Of a stretch of DNA of 64,000 nt, positions 49,992-63,480 are shown in pieces (position 1 is the stretch's first letter; every line of letters starts with the position of its first letter). Both the position numbers and the translations under genes were made by a program. Below the pieces are notes generated by a model. It ran no database searches and was not told the origin of the DNA. It was given only the letters and a program-made list of their open reading frames with translations. Source of the DNA: Chlorokybus atmophyticus (lineage: Eukaryota; Plantae; Mesostigma and Chlorokybus algae); NCBI GenBank assembly GCA_009103225.1, contig RHPI01000890.1, positions 213,579 through 277,578 on the forward strand, read 5' to 3'.

Positions 49992-51754
49992 TCACCTACG
50001 TGTTGTGCCGGCGCGTGCACGTGACTTAACCTCGCTGTCCTGCGTTGGGTGTAGAAGTATGTGGTTCTGCATGGTCTGCGGGTTGTAGTTCTCCGCGCCT
50101 CGGCTCCAGTCATACGATACAGCGTACGCGAAGATGGTCCCGTCCATGTTGAACGCGCCACACGGGATAGAACTATTGCACTTCTGCAGCGCCTTGAGCC
50201 TCTGCTTGCTATCCTTGTCCCAGAAGTTGTACGTGCCATCGGACCCCGTGGTGGCGAAGGTCCCGTGCACGGGGTGGAACGCGATGGTGTTGACGGCGTA
50301 GATGTCGTTGCCCTCGCGGTGACACTTGAACGTGAAGTTCTTGCTCGCCATCGAGTCCTCCACGTGCTGAACCGCCACGCGACCCTCGATCGATCCGACG
50401 AGGTAACCCGTCTTGTCGGGGAACGTGGACACGCAGCGCGTCTGGTACTTGAGAGGAGACTGGAGACGCTTGTACTCGACCTGAGGGTTGGCCAGGTTGT
50501 ACACGATGAGGTGGCGGTCGGCCGTAGCGGCAACCAGCAGCGGGTGACGCACGCTCAGGGAGTAAAGACGCTCAGGAAGCTGCTGCGTGTGCACAGGAGT
50601 CTGCTGCCTCAAATCCCAGTACCTACGCAAGACAAGACGAGCATGAGACATCCTGCTTGTCTCAACTCAACTACCGCATGCGCACATTGATTACTACACG
50701 CAAACTCACATACACGCGCATGTACACGGTTACACATGCATGCGCGTACCGAATGGTCTTGTCCCAGCTGCCGGTGACGAGGCAGTTCATCTCCGGTACC
50801 CACGCGAGGTCGCGTATGGGTGCGTCGTGCATGGCGACGGTCTGCGCCTGGGTCTGCCCGCTGCCAAGGTTCCACATCTTCGCCTGACGGTCGCAACCGC
50901 CGGAGAACACAACCGTACCGTCCTGGTTCCACGCACTGCACAACACCTGCAGGTGGAGTCATACCTCAGACATGCACGCGCGAGTGTGCATGTGCGTGTG
51001 CGTGTGCACTTGCATGTTTGATGCTACGTGCTTTTGGCGGATTACGTACCGGTTGGTCATGGCTGATTGACGCCTTGGCCACTGTCTGACCAGACGGCTG
51101 CACCTCCCAGCATCGAACCTGCAAGACATCCGCCAAAGAAAGACAGAAGATGAGCCGGTGCAGGCGGGCACGCAAGAATTTCTTTTGTCCTATGATGACG
51201 CAAAACATGCACAACAACATGTGCAAGCAAACTCCTCGTCTCACACAAGAGGCTTGCCTGGTTGTCCCAGCTTGTGGCAACGAGATGGTTGGCACGTGGG
51301 CTAAAAGCCAGGCTCGAAATGCCATCCCCTGGAGGAGACGTCACCTGCACACAGTGCTTGCTGAAATGCGTGTGTGCGTGTGTGCGTGCGAGCATGAATT
51401 CGTGCGCACGTGTGCATGCGCCAAAACTCGATGGCAACTGAGCGTAATGACAGCAGAAACATAAAAGAACATCAAGAAATTCATAACGACAGGAAACTGC
51501 AAAGAAACAGAGTCGAAGCAACGAACCGGACCTAACAAGGTGCTACTTGGGAGGCACACAACGCAGTGCACGACAAAGACTCCTGCACACATAACAATAC
51601 TTTGACAACGCTCTTTCTGTCCCTCACTGTGTATGCGCAATAGCATGCTATATACTTCAATTTTATGCTACGCACAGGACGCCCACTGCATGGCATGCAC
51701 CTCAAAGCTCTTGTTAGGGTTGTGCCCAGACGTCACGGCGAAAGACGCCGCCAT
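49992..51754 (-). CDS. RAE1: mRNA export factor RAE1/Gle2 (WD40)
   Basis: MAASFAVTSGHNPNKSFE|VTSPPGDGISSLAFSPRANHLVATSWDNQ|VRCWE..., VFSGGCDRQAKMW, HDAPIR, LVTGSWDKTIR|YWDLRQ, GSIEGRVAV, NFTFKCHR and FAYAVSYDWSRG. Confidence 0.97.
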
Positions 51755-51962
51755 TGGTACAACGATCTACTACAGCAGGCTCCTCCTCCTCCTCCTGCTC
51801 CACCTCCTCCTCTTCCTCCTCCTCCTCTTCCTCAACCCCCTCCCTTGCCAGCCGCATGCCCCGCACCACGGCGCATACCGCCACCGCCACCGTCACCGCC
51901 ACCACCGCCGCTGCCGCCAAAGTGGTGCAAGATGACCAAGTCTTGACGTTTGTCTGAGCACG

Positions 51963-51975
51963 TTTAGGGTTAGGG
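51963..51975 (-). promoter_or_regulatory. Telo-box-like motif upstream of RAE1
   Basis: TTTAGGGTTAGGG (CCCTAACCCTAAA on the minus strand) about 210 bp upstream of the RAE1 ATG. Plant telo-boxes (AAACCCTA) mark translation and RNA-processing genes. Confidence 0.35.
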
Positions 51976-52598
51976 CTTTTGTCACATGCGAATTCGGGTA
52001 CGCTGCGCCAGACAACTGCTGATGATATCGGTTCATTGCGTTTGATATACGCTCTCAATGGTATAGGTAAGGGCCACGTGGTAAGCTCTCCCAGCTCGAA
52101 GTAGTGGGAGTTTATTTTTGGTGTGTTGTTGGGGGTGGATTTGTTGTCCCTGTGTGCCATTTCTCTCCTGCGCGTGATCGTGCTGCTTGTGGGCGGCGGC
52201 GGCGGCGGTGGTTGGGTTGGCGGTGGAGAGGTGTGCGTGTGTGGGGAGTACACATACATACATCTCTCTCCTTCACCGCTATCAGGAGGAGCTCACCGAA
52301 CGTGAGCAGGCGGATGGGGGGATGGATCATTATCATGAAGGGAAAATGGGAGGGTTGGAGTGAAGGCTGGCGGAGTTGTTGTTATGCTTGAACTTAACAG
52401 AGGCTGTGATTGTTTCTGTATGATGGCATTGGGGCAATGTGCACACGTTACCAACACATCGTCCATTTGAAGGCCAGAGTCAGTACCACCCCTTTGCAGC
52501 GGTGGGTGGGGGGAGGGTGATACACACATCCCTCACACACACATCCTCACAACACCACACACAACACCATCCAACGCGCACCCAAGCGTCAGTTAAGG

Positions 52599-55525
52599 AT
52601 GGCGGCCCAACAGCAACAACGCCGGATACTGGGCCCAAAGGTGCGTGGTCATGTTACACATTGTTTCACTCAGTCCCACTCATCCCAGTTGCAATGAGAG
52701 TGTCTCCGATCACATCACACACACGAACACACAACCAAACACCCAGTGCCTTGTCCACAGGTGTACGATCCCAGCCTTGCCGCTGCTGTGTTGGGGGGCA
52801 GCAACGGCAACGGCCACAGCCACAGCAACGGCGGCAGCAACAGCAGCAGCCCCGCCGCCAGCTTCACCCGCAAAACCAACACCACCAAACACACCACCAA
52901 CACCAACAATCTGTACAGAGAGCTGGGCCTGGTGGACCCCAAATACGAGGAGGGCGAGCTCGCCATGCATGAGGACGGAGACGATGACTTGGATGATGAT
53001 GAGGAGGAGGCGATGGACATGGAGGATGAAGAGGATGAGGATGAGGAGGATGAGGATGAAGATGGTGATGCGTACTCACCCACTGCAGCCAGAGCTGTTG
53101 GTTTGGGTCAATACAGGGCTGCTTTGTCTGCTTTGGAGGATGAGAGAGACCGGCGCGAGCGCGCGTTGGAGGCGCTGCGCGAAGCACACGAACAACTCGA
53201 CACGCTGCGCGCATCGTCAAAGACACAACTGTCACTGCTACGCCAGGAGCTCATGGACCTACGTAGCTCCACACACAACAACAACAGTACTCACATCAAC
53301 AACAACAAGGTGGTGGTGGCGGGAGCGGACATACTGCGTGCGTTGGAAGGGGAGAACACGTCGCTGAAAAGGCGTGTGGCGCAGCTCGAGGCTGCGGTAG
53401 CAGCCAACGTGGGTCACAACAACAACAAGAAGGACTCGTTGGTTACACACAACAGCAATGTCAACCCCAATGAGGCGGATCTCGTGGCTGTTGTGAAGGA
53501 GCAGGCGGCTCTGCTCGAGGAGCACGTGGCGGCGGCGGCGGCGGCGGAGGAGATCGCGCAGAGGAGAGAGGAGGACGTGAGGAGACTCAAGGAAGTGATA
53601 CGGGCGAGAGATGAGGCACACATGCGCGCGAAAGACCTGGTAGGGGCAGGGGTGTGGATGTGGCTGTTGTTGATGATGTTGGGGTTGCTGCTGCTGTTGA
53701 TGCTGTCACTGTCATTGTTGTTGTTATCAAACAGTCCCTGTCCCTGCTGCTGTCCTTGTTGTCATCCTCCTTGTTGTTGTTGTTGTTGTTGTGTTGTTGT
53801 CACTGACTGCTATTGATCCAACGCACAGGCCGAGGAGGCTGCTATCGAGTTGGAGATGCGGCAACTGAAATCCGACCTCGCCGCCTCCAAAGCCCGCGCC
53901 GCCGAGTTAGACAAACAGCAACAGCAGGGCGATATCGCTGCTGCTGTCACAGCCCACACCACCACCAACAACAACAACAACAAGAAGAGAATAACTGAGC
54001 TCAGGCGTGGTCTCGAAGGCATAGCAGCTCATCTGCGTGCCGTGCGTGAGGCCGCGCGTGGCGTGCGTGGCGCAGCCTCATTACTATCAACGGCGGCGGG
54101 TGAGACGGCGGGTTCTTTATCTATAGTTGTGGCGAAGGCTGTGTCGGCGGGACAAGAACGTGCCCTCGCACTCTATCGACGCGAATGCAAGGAGAGAAAG
54201 AGATTACACAATCTACTCCAAGAGCTGAGAGGCAACATACGGGTGTATTGCCGAGTCCGACCCACACTCAACAACAGCAACAACAACATGTTGGGTGTGA
54301 CGTTCCCCGGGGCTGATATGGTCAATGTGGGTGGGTCTGATGGACGCAGTGACAAGTGTTTCGAGTTTGATAGAGTGTTTGGCCCAACATCAAGCCAGGA
54401 AGACGTGTTCGAGGAGGTGCGTGGGTTGGTGACCAGCGTGTGCGACGGGTACAACGTGTGCATCTTCGCGTACGGTCAGACGGGGTCGGGCAAGACTTTT
54501 ACAATGGAGGGCACAGCAACAGCACCTGGAGTCAACGTAAGAGCCTTGAGAGAACTATTCGCCGTGGCGGCGGGACGGGCCGACACGTCCACGCACACGA
54601 TCAACGTGTCCGCTTTAGAAATCTACAACGAGAGCGTGAGAGACTTGTTGGTATCCAATTCGGCGTCGTTGGAGATACGACAAGGTGGGGTGGGTGTGGG
54701 CACATATGTGCAAGGACTCACCACGGAGGAAGTTGTTGGACACGCCGACGTGGAGAGACTCATGACTATGGCGAGGAAACACCGCGCGTGCGCCGCCACG
54801 GAGATGAACGAACGATCGTCACGATCACACTCACTACTCTCTATCACAGTCACGGCTCGAAGCATCGTCAACAACAACAACAACAACAATGCCAACAACA
54901 ATGGAGCACCCACCACAACGGGTCGTCTCCACCTCATCGACTTGGCTGGTTCTGAGCGTGTGTCTCGATCCGAGGCCGCTGGCGATAGACTAAAAGAGGC
55001 TCAGGCTATCAACAAGTCTCTCTCTGCGTTGGGCGACGTAATGGCCGCGTTGGGTGCGAAGGCCGCGCACGTGCCGTACCGCAACTCCAAGCTGACGCAT
55101 CTGCTGCAAGACTCGCTCGGGGGAGAGAGCAAGGCGCTCATGCTCGTGCAGGCCTCGCCGGACAGGGACGATGCGTCGGAGACGCTGTGCTCGCTGAACT
55201 TTGCGGCACGCGTGGCAACTGTAGAACTCGGACAGGCCAAGTAAGTCATCACACAATCACACTTACTCACCCACACATGCGCAATTTCTCTTACTATCCT
55301 CCTTGTTGCGTGTTCTCTCCAAACAGGAAGAACGGTTCTGCTGGCGGTTCATCTGAGGAGCTCTCCCGTTGCCGTCGTCAGGTGCAGGCTCTGCAGGAGA
55401 AGCTCGCCGCATGCACCAACGGCAACGGCGTACTGTCGTCGCTGTCGGACTCCGCGCCATCGTCGACGAACTCGTCGCCGAGGGCGCCGCGCGTGTCGGG
55501 AGGGGCGTCGGGGAGGTTCAAGTAG
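52599..55525 (+). CDS. Kinesin-14 family C-terminal motor protein with N-terminal acidic tract and coiled coil
   Basis: Neck RKRLHNLLQELRGNIRVYCRVRP, P-loop IFAYGQTGSGKTFTM, switch I NERSSRSH, switch II LIDLAGSER and HVPYRNSKLTHLLQDSLGG. Exons about 52599-52640, 52761-53640, 53830-55241 and 55327-55525. Confidence 0.95.
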
Positions 55526-56344
55526 TGCGAGTGGATGTGGTAGTGTTAGTTGGTTGTGGAAGCTCAGCAGCTTGCGTAGGAGTGCGATAGGCAATGCGAG
55601 GGCAACAGCGAATGAATGATTAGTTTCCAGTGCTGGCAACAGAGCAGGCCTTGCGTCCCATTGCATTCATGTAAAACGGCCTCACAGACAGATTGCTATC
55701 TTCAAGGCTTCAGAGCGCCCTACTTGACATGATATACCACAAGAATATGAGCAAGTGTCAGCCTTGCTAGCGACCTTTCAAGAGCAACGATACATTGTAA
55801 GCGTGCCAAGATTGTGAACTCTGTTTGCAGTGACTACATAAACACGTACCAGCAGTGCACGCAGTGAGCTGTGTATGTACGAACCAGCACTGCAAGCCGA
55901 GCATAATATTTGGGCACACAGCGAGTGTAAGAGTTGCAGTGGCCTGCCAGAGTGGTGCCCACCAGCAACTACACAGACACCATGTGGGTGTGAACTGCAG
56001 CGGCAGTTGCCAAACATCAAGTACCCCATCCAATCTATCCTGAGAATAAGCCTAAGCCTGTTTGCCGCTGAGATGCAGCAGTTCCACAAGCTTGGTGCGA
56101 ATGACGAGGAACGACTCACACAAAGGCAAGCGTGTGCGCCGGGGCAGCAATACTGGACTACGCCAGCACGAGTGTAACTGCACATACGCCATATTCACAC
56201 GAGCTAACAAGACCAGGTAATTCCCATGTACACAAATGCAGGAGGGTAAACCACAGACCAGCCAGCCGAAGACAGTGCGTGAAAGACTTTTCAAACAGAG
56301 TTGAGTAGCGCGAAAAAAAGACTGTACACCGACAATGCTGCTCT

Positions 56345-57930
56345 CTAACACTTGACCTCCTTCAACCCGTCCTTGAAGTAGATAAATGTTGGATCCGTGG
56401 CTCCCTCAGCGTAGAAAGCAAACGCCATACCGGCATCCACATTGCAAGACTCGCCAGCGAAACTGCACACCAATAAGGTGTTGTATCATTACGAGATAAC
56501 AACAATAGCAACCACACCGCACGCGAACCACTCCACATAGCAAAGTGACGTATGTAATGCACGCTTACAATTGGAGGTCTGCGAGCTTGCTGAGGAGCTT
56601 CTTGACTGCGGGCTGGACATCGGCCTTGAACTTATCCTGGCGATCCGCGGGCAGCATTGGCGCGAGCTTCTGGATGTAGGCCTTCACCCACCCAAGGAAA
56701 CTCTTCTTGTCGAAAGGAGGCATCTCCTGCAAGCACAAACACAGAGAGGCAAAACAAGGTTACAACTTGGCGATTGGCTGTTGAGTGCAACATAGTTGCT
56801 AGCGTGAAGTGGTATAATAAAGACACATTAGGTCAAGAGCACACAGCAGGAGTGAAACAATCTGTGACTGACAGTGAGAACGTCCACAGCAAAGCCTCAA
56901 CCCTAACCCTGTTACTGTATGCACATGCCATGCCTTAGCAAGAGCTTGCACAATGCGCACCTGCAGCCTGAAGGTGTCAACAACGTCCACCACCTTGACA
57001 GCGCCGTCATCCACGCCTTCGCCCTCCTCGCCGCCCTCAGCGCTGGGATTGGCACCGATGTCAACATCCACGGCACCCTTCACCACCCACTGCAAAACAA
57101 TCGCACGTGACTTGGTGAAGTGAACGAGTGAGTGCATGAATAAGGACACTGTATGTTTGTATTAATCAATCCGCACACAGCATTGCATACATTGTGCACA
57201 CCTTGCCCGGGACTTCATAGAAGATGCCCTCATCTGTCTCGTTCAAGTTGAACGAGTCCGAAAGCATCTCATCGCCTGGCACACGACCACAACGCAACAG
57301 CAGTGAGGTGATGTTGGTTATATGTGCAACTGGCTTAACATGGAGAGACTTCCGAGCGCACTGCACGTGCAGAGATATATATGTCACGAGGGCAGCTTTG
57401 AGTGCAGCAACACAAGGACAAACGGACGCCTACCCGAGTGAAGAGTTAAGTAAGCACGCAAGTGTATGCACGTTGTTTACAAAGATAGTGCGACACGGCA
57501 AAAGCATTTGAAAGAAGGGAATGGGAGATCGCTCGGTCATGCATGTTTTATAGCAAGATAGGAAGACAACCGACCAGGTCAGCTAGGGTTGGGGTTTCAA
57601 GACCGCATACTTTGTTGCGTTTAGTTAATGGCAAGGATGGCAACACGCAACCAAGCAAGATTGCACAGCAACGGAACAGTAGGCAAAACCCTAGCCGGCA
57701 ACATCACTATGCATGCCTTAGCCGGCAAGCATGCATGACGTACCAACAATCGCAATTTATGACGAAGAACAAGGCGGGAGCCAGCAAAGCCACGCATGCA
57801 GCAAACCACGGCAATGAGCGCAAGATAGGGTTTGTAAGGCCAAAGTGGGAAGACCAAAAAAGGAGCAGCACAGCACGCGCTTTGCCTGCCTGAGTCCCTC
57901 ACCGCTGATAAGATCTGAGTAGAGCAACAT
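56345..57930 (-). CDS. TCTP: Translationally controlled tumour protein
   Basis: [10 protein letters not shown]|DEMLSDSF...FYEVPGK|[19 protein letters not shown]...[11 protein letters not shown]|[20 protein letters not shown]...LADLQ|FFAGES...[15 protein letters not shown]. Confidence 0.97.
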
Positions 57931-58701
57931 GGTGACGTCCCGCCTGCGTGTCTACGCCGCCCCTGGCTCCTTCACCCAGGTCACGCGCTGCAAGACACCA
58001 CAGCGGCGGCCGTGTCGGCGGCGGCGGATGCGGCGGCAGAAGCTAACGTTCGTTGGAGAAAGGGATTCCGGAATATTGTTCGCGCCGCGCCGGTCTTACA
58101 CGAGGGCATCTGCCCGCAGCACAATCGGCTGCAGTGCAGGCTGATTTCATGTTGTGCTGTGCTTGTCCCCCCTTACACTGATGGCCTTAGTCCACATTAC
58201 CTACATGATGCAACCTATATATTGTAGGCTACATTAGTTGTGAGCCCAGCCATTGTGGTGGAGGTCCCAGTGCTTGATATAAAACTTGATTTGATCTTTG
58301 TAACGTCTTGGAGCCAATATGTAATTGAATTTAACGCAATAAGACTATTTTTAACCGTAGTTACACGGGGAATAAGATACAACAAAACTGATGTACAGCA
58401 TAAGTGTGGCCCATTCCGAAATTTAATGCCATATCCATAATGCCATTATACAGTGTACCACAATAACACAATTAAATGTTTATAAACAAGCATGTGCAAC
58501 TTTGATTTGAATTGAAAACATAATTATACAACAAGTATGGCACGCATAGTAGTATAACAAATCTCACAAGCACAGCATGTATGCTATGCACATAAGTGAC
58601 ATCGACAAGTTATAGTTGTATAGCTACGAACATTCGGTTGGGTAAAGTTGTGGATATAGTGATTGTTATACCATAGTATGGAACTTGGTTAAATGGCACG
58701 T

Positions 58702-58755
58702 AGCTCCTCCTGTGGTAGCAACTTTTGCTGCCACAGCCTAGTAGTTAAGGCGCGG
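58702..58755 (+). repeat. tRNA-derived repeat, copy D (5-prime part only)
   Basis: tgtggtagcaacttttgctgccacagcctagtagttaaggcgc aligns with copies A-C. Confidence 0.55.
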
Positions 58756-59914
58756 ATGTTACAATGACATATTTTCATCGAATATAACACAATTTCAATG
58801 CTTTACAGTGATAGTTTATAATGGATGGTAGAGCTTTTGAACGCAATACATACGAATATAAACGGCAACAACCACGTTATCATTTCTATTATTATGCATG
58901 TGCATACATGTAATGATCCAATACTGTAATAATTACAACATGTATTAATATATCGATTAGCAAAGTCAATCACCAATTTTAGGGGCTCGCACAGAATATG
59001 TATAAAAGATGCAAGGCGGTTTTGTGTGCTCCTACGCTATGAATTTGATTCATGATGTCGAGTTGATGCAGTAATAGTATTAAGGTCATTGATGTTATTC
59101 TAACATTGATTGTATCAGTCATGATTGGTAAATTATCTTAGTATATGTAAATATATATCTAATTCTTAACATGATGTAGTCTATTGATCAAATGTAATGC
59201 TTATGTTGTAATGGTACGATGTACGGTTTATGTAACGGGTTTAAACATAAAGAGGGTACCCTATCCATATTAAACATACATGTCATGTGACACAATGCTC
59301 GATGCATCAAGGAGTTCAGGAAGCTCGCGTTGTTTGCATTCAACTGCTTGGTTGCTTGCCTTACATACCGGTATTGAGGTATTGTTATTGCTCGCATAGC
59401 GTGCATCACATAGCACACCAAGTCCAAATACCAAGAGCTCAGACCAGCGCGTATGGTTTGTGCTGTGTTAGCTTTATGCTTGCACATCAGAGCATTGCAT
59501 CAGCGGTGGTCCTACCTGTGCGTGCGTACATAATTGTCGGACTCATGCATCATTTGCGCACGCCAAGGTTGGTTGAAAAGCATGCCCTACCACCTAATGC
59601 ACACTTGCCCACCCAACTTCCCCCATCCCTAGCAACATCAAGCAAGTGACAAGCAGCCAAACCAAACCGCAATGTCAACTCAACGGGCATGCAAGTGCGG
59701 CGGTTTGCCGTATATACCACACGGTGAGCATGTACAGCACCACATTACCGCCGAGTGCTTTCGCAGGCTGGTTTGCATCTACAATAGGTACCTTGTACTC
59801 ATGTCCAGCTACGGACTGTGAAGGTGCTACTATCACACCTTCACGACGTAAGAGGGCAAGAAACAGAACAAAGGTAGCCCAATGTCACATACACATGGGT
59901 GCGATACAACAAAT

Positions 59915-61119
59915 CTACTGCAGCTGCAAGTAGGTGGCTTCGGACACGATGGGTATGTCCGCGTAGGTTCCGCGCAGCGTGTACCCGAGGCAGTACGTGA
60001 CGGCTGCGCAGCACACGAGGAAGGTGGCATTGTTGGCGAGTGCTCCCACGGCGGAAGAGGCGAGCTCCTCGGGTAGATAGCTGATGAGTAGTCCCGCGAG
60101 CATGAGGCAGATGTCGAGCAGGATGGCCTGCATCGCATTGAAGCGAACGAAATGGGGCACGCGAGGGTTGCGGCACACAAACAGGAACAGGCAGAAGAAC
60201 ACCACGAAAGGCGTGAGGCCGTTGGAGTGGTACAGGTAGAGAAGCGGCTCGAACGGAACCAGAATCAGGCGAAAGAAGGGCCATACCGCGTACACGTCTT
60301 TGCCGAACATCAGTACCTCAATCAGCGGCAGCACGTAGCCTGATCGCACATACACACAACAGTCTGAGTGGAAGCAAGCGTGCAACTGTGTGTGCGCATG
60401 CTTTTTGATGTCCATGCGTGTGCACATGAGTGCGTGTGTGGCGTTTTGCATGTGTATGCATGTGCAAACCTGCACGCATGTGCGTGTCTGCGGGCATGTG
60501 AGTGCGTGTGGTCAACTACAAACGTCTCTTTAGCTTAGCAAGTTGTGGTGTGCACTCATACTGACAGGGGATTTATTTACCCAAGACTACCACCGCAACT
60601 GTGACAGTGACAGTTATGCAAGTGTGAATGTGAGAGTGAGCAAGAGTGCAAATGAGCCAGCGTGGGACTGCCGATGCAGGTCAGTGTGAGTGTGAAAGTA
60701 ACTTTGCGTGTATATGTGCTTATGCGCGTAATTGCGGGTGTGAATGTTTGAGTGTGTGGGAGAGTTGGGACAACCAGTTACGCACCAATGCAGCCGAGGA
60801 TGCGCCAGATGGGTCCTGGGCGTCCAGCAGAGGGTGCGGAGGCGCCGGCGGCGACTGCCTGGGTGGTGCTCGACTGGCGAGTGGTCCGCCTCGCCCTCTG
60901 TGCCAGCTGGAACTCCCATCCCACAGGCAGCCGCACCCTCTCCCCCTTGAACCCGCTATCACCGCCGCCTGGCAGGCAACCGCAGGCGGCTTTTGCTGCT
61001 GCCGGAGAGCGCTGCTGAGGCCTCTGCTGCGCCCTCGCCCTCGTCGCCCATCCTGCCGACGACAACGACGCCGCCCTGACGGACGGAGCGCTCAACACCG
61101 CCGTCGCCGCCGCCGCCAT
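59915..61119 (-). CDS. TIC20: Tic20 family chloroplast inner-envelope import protein (two exons)
   Basis: Transit peptide, then IWRILGCIG|YVLPLIE...PFVVFFCLFLFVCRNPRVPHFVRFNAMQAILLDI...GTYADIPIVSEATYLQL*. Confidence 0.9.
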
Positions 61120-61169
61120 GGCTGACGCTGCCTGCAGCTATAAGCTTTACCCTAGCCTTATCCCAGTGT

Positions 61170-62948
61170 ATGTACCTGAGCATGGAGGTGGCGGTGGCGG
61201 TGGTTTGGGCGCCCAGCCAGTGCAGTAGAGGTGCCGCCTGCGCTGATGCGCAGCTGCAGCGGTGCACTTCATCATCCTCCGCCGCCGCTCCCTGTCGTCC
61301 AGCACCTCTGCAGCAGCCGCTGCGGCGGCGGCGGCGGCAGGCATTGTCCTCCTCATGGCTAAGCAGCAGCAGCAGCAGAGCCACTGCTTCCTCTGCCAGA
61401 CAACATCAACTACACCATCAACATCATCGTCATCATCACCACCATCAGCGCTGCGCAGCACGGTGTGACAGTCATGGAGGAGGAGGTGGTGGTGGTGTTG
61501 TTGGTGAGGGGAGTTTGCCTGCGGGGAGCGTGTCGTTGATCTTGCTCGCTGGCGGTGTTGGCAAGCGCATGGGCGCTGCCATGCCTAAGCAGTACCTGCC
61601 GCTGGCGGGCAGACCCATTGCGGTGCACTCGCTACAAACACTCGCAAGCATGACACAGGTGCCTGATCTGATCTAACTGCGACAACATTACAGTGTGAGG
61701 TTGTAATGCAAGTGTTTTGCGCTTACACACACGACACCGCAGCGCGAGAGATTGTGCCTTTGATGTTGTGTGGTGAAATAAGGTGATTACTAAACAAGTA
61801 GAGTAAGCCAATCGCATGCATTCATGCTTGGACTACTGAGTCGATACGTGAATGAAAGAAACAAGCAGTTGCAATCAACCAGTGAAGGAGTCAACTGAGA
61901 GATGACGTAATCAGTGTGTAGGAATGAGAAATGGACGCATTGATCTAGTTAGCGAGTAACTAAGTAGGCCAATGCAGAGGCAGATGGATGCTTCGTGTAC
62001 CAGGCGAGAATGCACGCAACCAGTCAGTTCAGCGCAGGTTCAAACTGCGTCGCAACTCCGCAGGTGGGCGAGTGCGTTGTGGTGTGCGAGCCCGAGTGGG
62101 AGTCTCTCTTCCAGCAGGCCTGTCCCAAGGGCGCCGCACTGCGCTTCGCTCGCCCCGGCAAGGAACGCCAGGACTCGGTCGCCTCGGGCCTCGCACAGGT
62201 ACACAAGCAGTGATGGTCGTGTTTGGACACAACGGAGCATGCCCAAGGGATTGAGACATGCAATCATATTCGTGCACACATGCGCGAGCATGCACACACA
62301 TTGGTGCGTGCACGTTTGCACAAGTACACGCGCGTATGCACACATACGTGCAGACACAAGCATGTACGCAAGCGCGCATGCACGCGCATGCATGTGCACT
62401 CAGGCTTGTGTGGACACATACAAACGAGCGTGTGCAGGCGCGCATGCGTGCGTGCGGGCGTGTACCCTCAGGCTTGCATGCGCACATACATGTACGTGCA
62501 CACGCACCTACACACGCGTGTGCAGGTGAGACCGGAAGCCCTGCTGGTAGCGGTGCACGACAGCGCGAGGCCGCTTGTGTGCGAGACAGACGCGGCCGCT
62601 GTATTCGCGGACGCGTGGCAGCACGGCGCGGCGGTGCTTGCTGTTCGTTCCAAGGCAACCATCAAGGAAGCCACGGATGCCACGGGTCGCTTCGTCGCAC
62701 GCACGTTGCCACGAGCGTTGCTGTGGGAGATGCAGACACCGCAAGTGGCTCGTCCCGAACTCCTCGCTGAGGGTTTCCGGATTGTCGCCGAGCGTGGACT
62801 TGAGGTCACGGATGACGTCTCTGTCATTGAGCACCTCGGCCGCCCCGTATGCATCACCGAGGGCTCGTACACCAACCTCAAAGTCACCACCCCGGAAGAC
62901 ATGCTCGTGGCAGAGCGCCTGCTTGAAGGCCAGCTGGCTTTCGTTTGA
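61170..62948 (+). CDS. ispD: 2-C-methyl-D-erythritol 4-phosphate cytidylyltransferase (MEP pathway), plastid-targeted
   Basis: LILLAGGVGKRMGAAMPKQYLPLAG, FARPGKERQDSVASGL, VAVHDSARP, LWEMQTPQV, VTDDVSVIE and SYTNLKVTTPEDM. Exons 61170 (or 61182)-61658, 62063-62199 and 62527-62948. Confidence 0.97.
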
Positions 62949-63070
62949 ACCCAACACAACACAACAAGCACGGCGGCAACAATTTTGTTGTTTGAAGATT
63001 TCTGATATGATATACATACAATGAACATTACTATGATGTAACAACGTGCTCGTGTGCTTCCGCTCAACAT

Positions 63071-63480
<410 letters not shown>

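Noticed and set aside
50061-50690. Long antisense ORFs over RAE1 (also over MOS2, kinesin and ISPD)
   Set aside because: Shadow frames caused by GC-rich third codon positions on the real strand.
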